The notes beneath the pieces are model-generated. The model was not told the DNA's origin, ran no database searches, and was given only the letters and a program-made list of their open reading frames with translations. Made by a program: the position numbers and the translations under genes. Source: Octopus bimaculoides (taxonomy: Eukaryota). Taken from it: a stretch of DNA of 50,556 bases. Shown piece by piece: positions 13,393 to 26,387 of this stretch (its first letter is position 1; each line of letters starts with the position of its first letter). The stretch spans positions 61,513,871 to 61,564,426 of the forward strand of contig NC_068987.1 in assembly GCF_001194135.2 (NCBI RefSeq), in the 5' to 3' direction.

Positions 13393-13875
13393 TAATTGTT
13401 TGATTTCTGATCTATAGATATATCTACTCAGAGAATTACAGTCTGTGAGGTTTCCACCCTCATAAATCCCCTTTTTACTAGAGTTTCCATCCTGCAGCTG
13501 TTCCTATTTGGAAATACTCCTCCTAGATGGGTCGCATACGATGAGGTTTGTAGAGTTCATCTCAGCTAAATGTTCCATTCTTGGCATAGTATCCATGCCT
13601 CTATGCCCTTCATATGACCAGACACTTTTCAGTATGGACTGGGTGCATTTTATTGTGTCTCCAGCACCATAGAGTGTGTCTGTGGCAAGACTAAACAGTA
13701 CCTTCTACTCTGTATTGGTTTTTACTCAGAGTAACTGCACTACTAAATGAATTCTATGTGCTACAATATATAGAGTTCAGTTTTCCTCATTTTTGGTATA
13801 CTTTCACAGCTTGATGCTCTCATTCGGAGAAACTGTCACCTTAGGAGAGCTATGCCCAATGAGTCTTTGGATTTG

Positions 13876-14345
13876 CATCATCATCATCATCATTTAACAT
13901 CCTTTGTCCATGCTGGCATAGGTTGGACAGTTCGACCAGAGCTGACAAGCTGGAGAGCTGCCTCAGACTCCAGTCTGATTTAGCATGGTTTCTACAGCTG
14001 GATGCCCTTCCTAACACTAACCACTTTACAGAGTGTGCTGGGTGCTTTTACATGGCATTGCACAGGTGCTTGTACGCAGCACTGCATGGACACTTTTATG
14101 TGGCACTGCACAAGCACTTTTACATAGCACTGCACAAGCGCTGTAATGTGACACCACACGGGTGCTTTCCCTTGGCACTGCACATGTGCTTTTACATGGC
14201 ACTGCAGAGGCACTTTTATGTGGCATCGCATGGGCACTTTTACGTGGAACCGCCATGAGTGCTTTACACCACCAGCAGGATTCACCTTAACACTTCTGTT
14301 GTTGTAGGGTACGGTTCTTCTTGAGTACAGCCAGTGAACTCTTAG
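13876..14345 (-). mobile_element. Repeat family C with an expanded internal 24-bp array
   Basis: (cat)n tail, family C core, then about 9 units of gcttttacatggcactgcacaagc. Confidence 0.85.
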
Positions 14346-14811
14346 TTACAGGAGAACTAAGTTACTTCCACTATGTAAGCAGAGGAAGGGATGAGAGAGA
14401 TAAAATGTGGTTGCTCATAGACAAGACACTTCCAACAGTATTTCTAAACAATCCTTTTACCATTTCTAAACTACAATTTCAAGCTTTTAATTATAAATTA
14501 CAATTTTAAAATACAATTCTAAGACAAAAATCACTCATAATTCCAATACTTTTTACCAAGATTAGTAAATTTCTACATATTTCATAGAACTCATCTTGAC
14601 ACATTTTCTCTAAATACATATACAAAAAAAGTAACATAACATATTTAAGTAGCTTAGCTTTCATCTCCTAGAATTCTATAATCTGCTGGACAGCTTGTAT
14701 CTGACTGGTCACTGATTACATGGTTTATAAATGACCTTGACTTATCTGGATGGACACTTCCAACAGCATTTGTGAACACCGATGTTACAATTTCTAAATT
14801 AAATTTGCTAT

Positions 14812-14855
<44 letters not shown>

Positions 14856-15945
14856 CCATCTATCCACATCAAACATTCATCTTTGGATCGGACACCGCTG
14901 CCACCACTGCCACCACCACCACCACTACCACCACCACCATCATCATCATCATCTAACATTCATCTTTGGATTGGACAGTTTTGCAAGAGCTGGTAAACCA
15001 GGAGGCTGCACCCAAGTTCCACTATCTATTTTTGCATGGGTTTTTATGGTGGAATGCTCATCCCAACAACACCTACTTTACAAAGTGGACTGAATACTTT
15101 TCGCATGGCATCAGAACACTGGCAAGGTCTGCTTTGGCATAGCTTTTACAGCTGGGTGCTCTTCCTAACGCCAACCACTTTACAGTGTTGACTGGGTGCT
15201 TTTTACATGGCACCAGCAAAAGCAAGGTCACCAGGTAACTTGTGAGACAAAATATATATTCAGCAGCAGCAACATCATTTAGCATCTGTGTTTACGCTGG
15301 CACAGGTTGCATGGTTTGATAGAGTCTGAGTTTAATGTCTGTTTTGGCATGGTCTCTACAACTTGATGCCTTTCTTACTGCCAACTACTTTACAAAGAGT
15401 ATTGGCTGCTTATACAACAAGCTTCTTTCAGTTTCTGTCTACCAATGATCAGATTGGGGTTAAAGTAGAAGACGCCCAAGGTTCCACACAGTGGGACTGA
15501 ACATGAGACCATGTCGTTGGGATGCAAACTTCTTAACGACACAGCCATGCCAGCACCTGGCATTCATACTGCATTAAATTGGGTCTATAAGGTGAAACTG
15601 TATTAAATTACTCTTAAACAGGCACTCTATTGATTATGATGACATGAGTTCCAGTTGATCTGATCAATGGAATGACCTGCTTGTGAAATTAATGTACAAG
15701 TGGCTGAGTACTCCACAGACATGTGTACTCTTAACATAGTTCTCAGGGAGATTCAGAGTAATACAGAATGTGACAAGGCTGGCCCTTTAAATTACAGGTA
15801 CAACTCATTTTTGCCAGCTGAGTGGACTGGAGCAATGTCAAATAAAGTGTCTTGCTCAAGGACACAATGCCCTGCCAGGAATCGAACTCATGACCTTATG
15901 ATTGTGAGCTGAATACCCTAACCACTAAGCCACATGCCTTACTCA

Positions 15946-16122
<177 letters not shown>

Positions 16123-16779
16123 CTAAAACAGAAAGAGAAAAATTATAATTTTACCATTCTTTTCTTTTTTTGAGTCTGCCAAAATTTTTTTTTTGGCATT
16201 TTGGAAAATTTTATGAAGAAATACACAAGAAAAGAAAAGCCAAGAATTTTAATTGCTGACATCATAAGAATATACAGACCTTGGGAAAATGAAATACTTT
16301 TTGTTTGGAGTAGTGACTCTTGAAGCAGACAAAACTCTAAATGATAGCATGTAAATATTGGGTTAAAAACCTTTTTGATAGAAAAAGTCAAAGGCTGCCC
16401 ATGGGACAGGCGTTTTTTAATTTTTTTTTTTTATCCAAAGGGTTTTCAGAACCAATACTTGCACACTATTGTTTACAGTTCTATCTGCTTTGGGATTTAT
16501 CCTTCCAAAACAATAGGAATTTCAATGTGTTCTTATATAATATTTTACACTGTTATAATAATTGTAGCAGTTAATATGACAAAGCATTAACATCATTTCA
16601 TTAGAAACAAGTTCAATCTGTGTAAAAAGGAGATAGCTATATAATAAATTAAACTGAACTGGGTACCTTTCAGCTATCTATTTTAGTGATCCAAGGGGAT
16701 AAAATGATATTTCCACTATGGCAACATTTAAGTTCAAAATAGAATCAATAAAATATCCAATCTGGTGTTTGACTATGTT

Positions 16780-16823
<44 letters not shown>

Positions 16824-17396
16824 TCTCTATCATGGTTGTGGGTCCAATCCCAAAATCATGTGGTTGGGAAGCAAACTTCTTAATCATATAACCATGCCTG
16901 CACCTATATGTTTCTTCATGTATTAATTCCCATCTCAGTTTTTAACAGGTAAGGATTTTTTTCTTAAGCAATATAATCCCTAAGTTAAAACAAAAACAAA
17001 ATCATTGTATTTGAGCTTTTCTGTTATTCAGACTTACACTTTTTCACCATCCTTATTTGTATTTGTATCTCTATGTGCAAACACATAAAAAAATGCCTGA
17101 GGAGATAGATTTTTCAACAATGAGAAATGTGTTTTGTAACAAACTTAAATTTTTATCATAAAATTTCAAAAAAAACTAAGGATAATAATTAAATTTGATA
17201 TTTTGATAACTTTTAACATTTACTCGGAGATAAAATAGAGACATAAGATTGAAGTCTGAAAACCCAGAGGAAAGATTAAACGGTATAAAGGAATCAATAC
17301 AAGTAAAATAATTTTACTATTAATGGGTTATGCAAATGAATGCCACCCCCTCCAAACAAAAAAAAAAAAATATAAGAAAACTATGAATTGGCTTAC

Positions 17397-17482
17397 TTGA
17401 GGGAAATGACGTCGCTTCAAGGTTGCTCTGATGTTCCGATCAAGTTTTTGAAAACACTGTTCGGCAGTATGTGCTGGATGGG
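17397..17482 (-). CDS. R3HDM4: R3HDM4 coding exon 5 (HPAHTAEQCFQKLDRNIRATLKRRHFPQ), 86 nt, phase 1 to 0
   Basis: Acceptor ttctttttcatttag, donor CAA|GTAAGC; matches R3HDM4 [27 protein letters not shown]. Confidence 0.95.
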
Positions 17483-18626
17483 CTAAATGAAAAAGAAATA
17501 GAATTATCAATGACAACAGGGCATAGAGAATGTTCTCAAGACAAATCCTCATCATTTAACGTCCATTTTCCACGCTGGCATGGGTTGGACAGTTTGACTG
17601 AAAACTGTTAAGCCAGGGAACTGCACCAGGTTCCAATTTGATTTGGTATAGTTTCTACAGCTGGATTTCCTTCCTAACGCCAATCACTCCAAGAGTGTAG
17701 CAGGTGCTTTTTATGTACCACCAGCAAAGGTGCCAGTTATGTAACACCAGTGTCAGCCATGACTACAATCTCATTTCGCTTGACAAGTCTTCTCAAGCAT
17801 AGTATATTGCCAAAGGTCTCATTAAATTCATCTCTTACTCACATGGTTATTAGCAAAAATACAGGTCTTAATGCCAATCATAGAAACTGTCTCATTCAAA
17901 ATAAGAGAGCTGTGATCAGAAATTATCTATTCTGCCAAGTACTCAACCAGAAATGACTTGCCAGAGCTTAAAAAAAAAATACTTTATTAGATTATCAGAA
18001 AGTGAAAAACTTGAGGCAAGTGTCCAAAGAAGGTACTCAGCTACCAGATGGATGATGCCTGTCTTTGGTCATGTTAAAACTATTTTTAGGTCTTCCTGCA
18101 CTGCTCAGTGCATTGGGCAGCAAAGTTTCTAAACAAAAGGTGAAATTTATGGAAGTTATTTCATACAGAAAATACAAAATAACTTAAAGTATCCCAATTA
18201 CTGAACTACCTGACTCAAAGCAATGTGAAATGACTTGCCAGAGTTATGAAATTTCTTTAATAGATCATCAGATGGTGAAGACTAGAGACGCATGACCAAA
18301 GAAGATACTTAGCCACCAGGTGAATAATACCAGTTAAAGGCTATGCTATATAGACAATATCAGCAGTGACTTGAAGTAGCTCAACTCATATCAATATGAA
18401 AAGTGCACGGTAGATTAAACAAGAGCAATGATGACAAAATAATCTCTGTAGCACCTAACTGTTTTTATATGGAGAACAGAGAAAAATTAATAATACTGAT
18501 GCTATAATAGTAAATGCTTTATTAGCGTTTTCTCTTTAAAACGTGGGTTTCAAATTTTGGTACAAGGCCAGCAATTTTGGGGGAAGGTGTAAGTTGAATG
18601 ACCCCCCATGCTCAATTGGTACTTAT

Positions 18627-19106
18627 AGGTGCCGAAAGCAAAATCGTGATGGCACCTGTACCAGTAGATCACTAAGAGCACCGTCCGAGCATGATCGTTG
18701 CCAGACCAGCTGTCTGGCTTCCGTGCCGGTGGCATGTAAATAGCACCATTTGAGCGTGATCGTTACCAACGTTGCCTTCCTGGCACTTGGGCACGTGAAA
18801 AGACATTCAAGTGAGTTCGTTGCCAGTACCGCTGGACTGGCTCCTGTGCAGGTGGCACGTAAAATACACCATTTCGGGCATGACCGTTGCCAGTACCTCC
18901 TGACTGGCCTTCGTACCCGTGGCACGTAAAAGTACCCACTACACTCTTGGAGTGGTTGGCGTTAGGAAGGGCATCCAGCTGTAGAAACTCTGCCAAATCA
19001 GATTGGAGCCTGGTGTAGCCATCTGGTTCACCAGTCCTCAGTCAAACCGTCCAACCCATTCTGGCATGGAAAGCGGACGTTAAATGATGATGATGATGAT
19101 GATGAT
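18627..19106 (+). mobile_element. Repeat family C (ends in (GAT)n), young copy splitting a family A SINE
   Basis: Core ttggcgttaggaagggcatccagctgtagaaac; internal subrepeats; the A halves lie at about 18545-18626 and 19107-19225. Confidence 0.88.
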
Positions 19107-19421
19107 TGACTCTGAAATGATGAAAGGCAAAGTTGACCTCTGTGGTATTTGAACTCAGAACATAAAGACGGGAAAAGCCGCTAAAAATTTTAATGGCATG
19201 CTAATGATTTTACCAGCTCACCACCTTTTCTCATTTTAAAATATTTCTAGATATATTTATTATATGACCACATGTATGGTGGTGAGGTTAAGAAGTCTGC
19301 ATAGCAACAACATGGGTCTAAGTTCAATTCAACTATGCAGAACCTTGGGTAAGTGTCTTTTTACATAGCTCCAAAAATGGAGCTAACAAAACAAATAAGC
19401 AAAAAGCACAACAGTATATTA

Positions 19422-19620
19422 TCAGGTTGGTGCATAATTATTGCAGCTTTTTTGCGATAAATTTTATTCAACAAAAAATTTTAACAAATCGCCAAACAGA
19501 AATTGAAATAGATGGTGAATATGCTCCGGAATAATCATTTAAAGATGTTTTTGTTAAATGTTGTTTTTGTTGAGTAAAATTTATTGAAAAAAAAGCTGCA
19601 ATAATTATGCATCAACCGAA
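19422..19620. mobile_element. Mariner-type MITE (199 bp)
   Basis: TA TSD; about 60-bp TIR starting TCAGGTTGGTGCATAATTATTGCAGC, similar to the Hsmar1/MADE1 TIR. Confidence 0.85.
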
Positions 19621-20834
19621 TATTTTCTTTATAGACTTGTTAATAGAGTGGTAAACAAGATTTGTTCTGGCACCATTGAAGACTTCTGCTAGAACACATA
19701 CAGAATGAAGGTAGTCAGGAAGGTGTAAGAACATACCATGAGTGGCATGACCATATTGTTTTTGGTAACATCAAGAGCAATGTGGCTGTTGTTTTTGTGG
19801 TTTAACTCCAAGTCACCCCTGATTGAACAAATTTATGACCAAAGGTATTCCAGTTATGACCATCCAGTCTTTTTGTATAACAACAACTACATTGTCCATC
19901 ATATACACGAAAGACAATATAAAATAATAACACAGCAGCATGTGAATTGAGAGAGAAGTGACTGCTGTTTCTAGGAAGTTAAACAACTATGTACAGGTTA
20001 ATGCAGTATGGTAATTAGAACATGTTATCCCTGTATCCAGCCAATTTATAAATAACTGAAGATTCTGGTGGAGAGAACATTTTATAGAGATTGTACAAAC
20101 TCAGTCAGTGTTGAGAAGTGTTCCTTCACTGGAACTGGCTGCAGAGAATTTGAGCTTATTGTGCCAATTGATATCATAGAAATATCATAGAAAAGTGGGT
20201 GTCAAAATGATGATGACAACAGATTTTCTATCTTAAAATGATGTTTGTTCTTGTAACAGAGTCATGATCTAAGGCATTCCAGCCTTGACCATCCCATCTT
20301 TTCTTGTTTTTAAAGGCATAGGAGTATGTTATTGAATGTGTTGTTCTCTTCCAAGATAGTGTGATGTGAAGATTTGGCTGCTATTTCTAGCAGGTCAGGT
20401 AAATGTACTGAAAATAGCACCCACATTGTCTCATAAATGGTGTTTGTTGCTAAATAATGTAACCTTGTGACATATGATCATCAATAAATAAATAAAAATT
20501 CTAAGATGCACAAGAAATGATGGGAGGAAGGCAGACAGTTGAGAAGTGTGAATTTAGATGAAAGAGATATACAATGAACTAGGTTGGAAGAGGGGAGACT
20601 GGAGTAATTGTGATAGAAGAGACAGGACCCAGCCAAACAATAAGCAAAGAATTGTAAAGAAGTGGGTCGTTAGAGAAAGTCTTGTAGTTTGTTACTGAAT
20701 CAAAAACAGTCTTTTTTTAGAAAGTGTTAAAACAATATATCAATTAAATTAATACATACCAGTTCTCATATCAGGAACAATTTCCCAATTCTCTTGATTC
20801 AAATCTTTGTCTTTTAAAATCTGGTCGGACTTAC

Positions 20835-20922
20835 TCCTTTGGTAGCGTGAATTACGACTGTTAGATTTTTGCAAGATTTTTTGCTGCTCTTCTTCTGATT
20901 GGTTAATGAAATCATTCCAAAC
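20835..20922 (-). CDS. R3HDM4: R3HDM4 coding exon 4 (VWNDFINQSEEEQQKILQKSNSRNSRYQR), 88 nt, phase 0 to 1
   Basis: Acceptor ttcttttcttag, donor A|GTAAGT; matches R3HDM4 VWNDFMNRSGEEQERVL. Confidence 0.95.
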
Positions 20923-21214
20923 CTAAGAAAAGAAATTATTAAGTCTTTAATAATAGCCATAGCCCAAAATAAGTACGGCTGGTAGAAGTAAAATAGATGA
21001 GTGCTTAAGGTATAGGAATATTGCCTCATAGACCTTCAATTCAAATTTACTACAAATATTTCCTTACATATTTGAGCAGAATATTTAATTAGACACAGCT
21101 TATTCAGTACAATTATGAGAATTTGAGGAGACTAATAGGGGTGTGCACTAGCAATGAAAAAGAGGTTGACATGAGTTGAGGAAATACACAATGTTTTTAA
21201 TGTTTCAAGTAGAG

Positions 21215-21427
21215 CTTAGCATTCAGACTACTCTGTCAAATGTTATGCTTATTCACATTGTTTTGAATTAATTATTTATCATCTTGTGGCTTTGGGATTT
21301 CAATGAGATGATTGTTTATTTTTAGAATGACAGTGTAGGGTAGGTATGAGAGGTTGGATCAGGTCAGTTTGAACATAAAGCAGGTAGAATATCTGGGCAG
21401 GATATGACTGGTTTAAATGCTAAAGGG
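21215..21427 (-). mobile_element. piggyBac-type MITE, inverted copy
   Basis: Ends AAAGGG|TTAA; inverse of 34480-34697. Confidence 0.7.
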
Positions 21428-21877
21428 TTAATTTTTCAGATTCAGTGTTCGTTATTCTGGGACTATTATCAATGAGAGATTATTATTTTATTCACAAAGA
21501 CAACTTATCCCTCATGTAATTAACACCATGAAACTAAAGAGCTAAAGGCTGGCTTATATAATCCTCTTGAGATTTCAGAGATGATGATGATGCTGCCAAT
21601 AAAGCCATCATCATTGTCAGATGGAGCAGGTAGTGTAGTCCTAAAGTGAATTTATTGAAAGATGGGTGAAAGCAACAAAAATGGTGAATGTGAACTGCTT
21701 TGGGCATACATCTATTGACAAAAGAACAACAACTGGGAAAACTTGTCCTTGGTGTTCATGTTGACCTTGGATCTGCAGAGTTCCTTGATTGACTTTAGCT
21801 GGAAGTCTTCTTGCATCAGGTGGTGATGGTCGTCATTATATTTGACAATAACGGCATTGTTATCGTCATTCATTAAG

Positions 21878-22413
21878 ATGGTGAGTTGGTAGAATCGTTA
21901 CCATACTGAACAAAATACTTAGCATAATTTCTTCTGCCAAGGTTGACTTTGTCATTCATCCTTTCAGGGTTGATACAGTATCAGTTGAGTATTGGGGCTG
22001 ATATAATCAACTAACCCTATCTAACCCTCTCTCCCCAAATTTCAGGTCTTAAGCCTATAGGAGAAAGAATTACTATCATTCATTATTTCTATACCATGTT
22101 CATTTCTGTTTCATTCCTTTCTTCACCTTCATTCAATTCTCAATGAAAACCCAATATTTTAAGTTTTTGTAACTGTCCCCCTCAGAGCCATTAGTAATAT
22201 TATTATTATGATTAAGACGATGAGCTGGCAGAAACATTAGCATGTCAGGTAAAATTGTTAGTGACATTTCATCTGTCCTTACATTCTGAGTTCAAATTCC
22301 ACCAAAGTCGACTTAGCTGTTCATCCTTTTGAGCACTGTGGTTGAAGTAATCGACATGCACCTGCTCTTGAAATTGCTGGTCTTGTGCCAAAATTTGAAA
22401 CCATTATTATTAA

Positions 22414-22446
<33 letters not shown>

Positions 22447-23180
22447 ATAAGGGAGTAAGCTGGCAGAATCGTTAGCACGCTGGATGAAATGCTTAGCGGC
22501 ATTTCGCCCATCACTACGTTCTGAGTTCAAATTCCGCCAAGGTCGAGAAAATAAGTACCAGTTACGCACTGGGGTTGATGTAATCGATTATCCCTCCACC
22601 CCAAATTTCAGGCCTTGTGCCTATAATAGAAAGGATTATTATTATCATTAATTAGTTACATCATGATTCGACACAGTAAGATCTGACCTTCCTAAGCAAC
22701 TGATACCAGCAAGTTTAAATAAAAATTCAACAGATAAAACTCATAATCAGTCTCAGAAATGTAGTAAAGGTTAAAATATTTTTCAAAATAGAAACAAAAG
22801 GAGATTTCGAAAGGTAAAAAAAAAACAAAAAAAAACTAACTAAACAAAATAAAACAGTAACCAAGGAAACAACGCTAGATTATTTTCCTAATTTTAACTT
22901 GTGAAATTTTTACCGGAGTAAACAAATGTAAGACTTCAATTAAAAAAATATTTTTGATATTACATTCAATTTAGGGCATCAAGCTGGCTGAATCATTAGC
23001 ATGCCAGGCAAAATGCTTAGCAATATTTCATCCACCTTTATGATCTGATTTCATACCCTGCAGAGGTTGACTCTGCTTTGCATCGTTTTAGAGTCAGTAA
23101 AATAAGTACCAGTCGAACACTGGGGGGGGGGTCTTATCCCACCCCGGAATTGCTGGCCTTGTGCCAAAATTTGAAGTCAA
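21878..23180 (+). mobile_element. Cluster of four co-oriented family A SINEs (about 21878, 22216, 22452, 22976)
   Basis: Repeated family A consensus; (att)n lies between the middle two. Confidence 0.8.
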
Positions 23181-23204
23181 TATTACATTCAATTTAAAAT
23201 CTTT

Positions 23205-23420
23205 TTGATACTAACCCACCTGAGAATGTTCCTGGTTTGATGATAAGCTTCCTGTTTTTAAAAAGGATTTAATTACAAGTCTCCCATAAAAAAAAATCAG
23301 GTTATGTTCCAAACACAAGCAGACTAAAAACAAAATTATTTTCGTAATTCTTCATTAATTTCAAAATTGATTGAAACAAAGTCAACATATTTCAAATGAA
23401 ATCTGGTAACAAAAGGATTA
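23205..23420. mobile_element. Second CCCTTT/AAAGGG-type MITE family (another copy at about 28212-28395)
   Basis: Degenerate inverted ends ctttttgatac / ggtaacaaaagg; the two copies are homologous. Confidence 0.55.
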
Positions 23421-23477
23421 AACTGCTTTGTAAAATCTCTAAAATCATTAATACAGTATTCTGTTGTGTTTGGAGAG

Positions 23478-23617
23478 AGTCATTCTCTTTTAGTGCCTTT
23501 TAATTTAACACAAAAGGTTGCAAGATGCAACAAAAATTTTAGAAAAATAAAGAAGGAAATGAGTGGAAATTTTACCGGTGAGTGTGTTAAATTATCAGGC
23601 ACTAAAAGAGAATGACT
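23478..23617. repeat. 35-bp inverted repeat with 70-bp spacer
   Basis: 23478-23512 versus the inverse of 23583-23617: 2 mismatches. Confidence 0.92.
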
Positions 23618-24132
23618 TTCCCCAGACACAACAGAAAATGCTTCAATACACGAATTCAGATAAAGAATCTTGCAAATCAAATCCAAAAACGCAATTTAAT
23701 ACAGTAATTTGTTGCTAAATTGATATGGATTAGAAAAAAATGAAAAAAATCTGGTCAAATAAGCTGTTGGCCACTCCCAGTTGTTATCCAATCCCAAAGT
23801 ATTTCGGAATTTCCTAAAGAGTTCTGAAAATTTAAATGTTTACTACAGATATGCAAGGATGAGAGAGAGAGAGTGTGAGTGTGTATACGCATGCATGTAT
23901 GTGTGTGGCTGTGAGTTAGGAAAGGGAAAGAGACGGAGATAAAGGACAATGAGACAGAGAAAACAGAGTAAGAAAAACCAAGTGAGTGAGAGTGACAGTT
24001 AAGAAGACAGAGTGAAGAAAGAAAAATAGTGTAGGAGAGAGAGAAAGAGAAGGTGAGGAAAAAATGAGAAAGTGAGGGAGAGAAAGAGAACTGCTTTCAT
24101 TGAAAGACAAAATACTGCAAGAGAACTTTTAC

Positions 24133-24251
24133 CTTCCATTTCTCTTTGTCCATTAAAATCTCAGCAAAGACTGACATCCTGGGCTCAACGCGGTCAATTT
24201 TCTCCAAGTTTCCCCAGTCATCTTTGTCAACCAGATTCAGGAGATAGCATA
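24133..24251 (-). CDS. R3HDM4: R3HDM4 coding exon 3 (CYLLNLVDKDDWGNLEKIDRVEPRMSVFAEILMDKEKWK), 119 nt, phase 1 to 0
   Basis: Acceptor ttttctttaacag, donor AAG|GTAAAA; YLLNL and SVFAE match R3HDM4 YLLTL and GIFAE. Confidence 0.93.
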
Positions 24252-24734
24252 CTGTTAAAGAAAATAGTAATGCATGCATATATATATANNNNNNNNNNNN
24301 NNNNNNNNNNNNNNNNNNNNNNNNNNNNNNNNNNNNNNNNNNNNNNNNNNNNNNNNNNNNNNNNNNNNNNNNNNNNNNNNNNNNNNNNNNNNNNNNNNNN
24401 NNNNNNNNNNNNNNNNNNNNNNNNNNNNNNNNNNNNNNNNNNNNNNNNNNNNNNNNNNNNNNNNNNNNNNNNNNNNNNNNNNNNNNNNNNNNNNNNNNNN
24501 NNNNNNNNNNNNNNNNNNNNNNNNNNNNNNNNNNNNNNNNNNNNNNNNNNNNNNNNNNNNNNNNNNNNNNNNNNNNNNNNNNNNNNNNNNNNNNNNNNNN
24601 NNNNNNNNNNNNNNNNNNNNNNNNNNNNNNNNNNNNNNNNNNNNNNNNNNNNNNNNNNNNNNNNNNNNNNNNNNNNNNNNNNNNNNNNNNNNNNNNNNNN
24701 NNNNNNNNNNNCATCATCACTGTTTAACATCTGC

Positions 24735-24786
24735 CTTGTGAGTGGATTTGGTAGACAGAAACTGAAAGAAGCCCGTTGTATATATG

Positions 24787-24817
<31 letters not shown>

Positions 24818-25028
24818 ATATGTTTGTGTGTCTGTGTTTGTCCCCCCAACATCGCTTGACAACCTATGGTGGTGTGTTTACGTCCCCGTAACTTAGTGGT
24901 TCGGCAAAAGAGACGGATAGAATAAGTACTAGGCTTCCAAAGAATAAGTCCTGGGGGCGATTTGCTCGACTAAAGGCGGTGCTCCAGCATGGCCACAGTC
25001 AAATGACTGAAACAAGTAAAAGAGTAAA
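24735..25028 (+). mobile_element. SINE family B, 5'-truncated, in intron 2
   Basis: Consensus body and tail. Confidence 0.85.
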
Positions 25029-25184
25029 GAGAGAGAGTAACATGTTTATTCTTTTCCTGGGTCATAAAAATGGTCCCAACTTGTTTCAAGCAGAAGTCTC
25101 TTAGGCTACCTCTCCAAATGGTCTTAAACATTTAACACTCTACAGTTGTTTACCACATTTTAAATATACTCATAAATTACTTAC

Positions 25185-25357
25185 AGTTTTCACATCGGCG
25201 ACTTTTATTAGCACCAAGCTTCTTATGGACATACAGGTCATCAATGGAGGTATATAAAGAACCAAGTTTTTTAGAACTGTGGTACTTGGTCAACCTGGAT
25301 GGTTTCTTTATGTTGCTGACACCTTCATCTGGGCATTCAATGACCGTGTCAAGTACG
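25185..25357 (-). CDS. R3HDM4: R3HDM4 coding exon 2 (VLDTVIECPDEG...KKLGANKSRRCEN), 173 nt, phase 2 to 1
   Basis: Poly-T tract plus aaacag acceptor; GTAAGT donor; only one frame is open; the end resembles vertebrate R3HDM4 KGRKSLQRLEN. Confidence 0.9.
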
Positions 25358-25587
25358 CTGTTTATAAAACAAAAAAAAAAAAAAAAAAAAAAAAAAGAAA
25401 AGGTGAGAGAGAGAGAGAGAAAACATTAGAATTGTATATCAAAGCAGCTGTTATTGGTGTTATATTTTATACACTTCTTTATATCTGCTAATGTTTTTGG
25501 CTTCAGAAGATCTTGGAAAGAATATACTAGAGTGGTATTGTGTATATTGTAATGAAGGGGAGGTATTGTGTATATTGTTAAGAAAAG

Positions 25588-25815
25588 CTGCGAGCTGGCA
25601 GAAATGTTAGCACGCCGGGCAAAATGCTTAGCAGTATTTCATCTGCCACTACGTTCTGAGTTCAAATTCCGCCGAGGTCGACTTTGCCTTTCATCCTTTC
25701 GGGGTCGATTAAATAAGTACCAGTTACGCACTGGAGTCAATCCAATCGACTTAATCCGTGTGTCTGTCCTTGCTTGTCCCCTCTGTGTGTAGCCCCTAGT
25801 GGGTAGTAAAGAAAT
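25588..25815 (+). mobile_element. SINE family A, young full-length copy
   Basis: CpGs retained; complete head and tail. Confidence 0.9.
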
Positions 25816-26133
25816 GTTATGAAAGGGAGGATAAAATTCTAGCTACTGTGACAGTAAGCTGCACAATATCATCATCATCATCGTTTAACATCCATTTTCC
25901 ATACTGGCATGGGTTGGATGGTTTGACAGGAGCTGATTAGCTGAAGGGCTGCTCAGGTTCCCTGTCTGTTTTGGCATGATGCCCTTCCTAACACCAGATG
26001 TTCAATTAAGAGGGCTGCTCAGGTTCCCTATCTGTTTTGGCATGATTTCTATGGCTGGATGCTCTTCCTAATGCCAGATGTTCAATTGAGAGAGGTGATC
26101 AATTAATGGACATTATCTCAGTTGAGAAACAGT

Positions 26134-26387
26134 GGAGGTGCATAGCCTAGTGGTTAGGGTGTTGGACTTATGATTGTAAGATTGTGGTTTCGATTCCTGG
26201 ACTGGGTGACACATGTTCTTGAGGAAAACACTTCATTCCATGTTGCTCCAATCCATTCAGCTGGCAAAAATGAGTAACCCTGCGACGGACTAGCATCCCA
26301 TCCAGGTGAGGAATTTATACGTCATGGAAATCAGGAAACTGGCCCTTGTGAGTCAGTATGACTCAAGAAGGAAACTTTACCTTTACC
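26134..26387 (+). mobile_element. SINE family D
   Basis: Homologous to 2006-2252. Confidence 0.85.

Noticed and set aside
13923-14285. ORFs with 8-aa His/Cys-rich repeats
   Set aside because: Produced by the 24-bp array within a family C repeat.
14654-14790. Exon-like frame EIVTSVFTNAVGSVHPDKS...
   Set aside because: No donor, and no place for it in R3HDM4, where exons 6 and 7 join directly.
24072-24896. Long ORFs spanning N runs (also at 45084-45551 and 47009-48398)
   Set aside because: Artefacts of translating gaps. Only 24133-24251 within them is a real exon.
25475-25526. Small frame LLKPKTLADIK upstream of exon 2
   Set aside because: Weak GTGTAT donor; not needed for the model.
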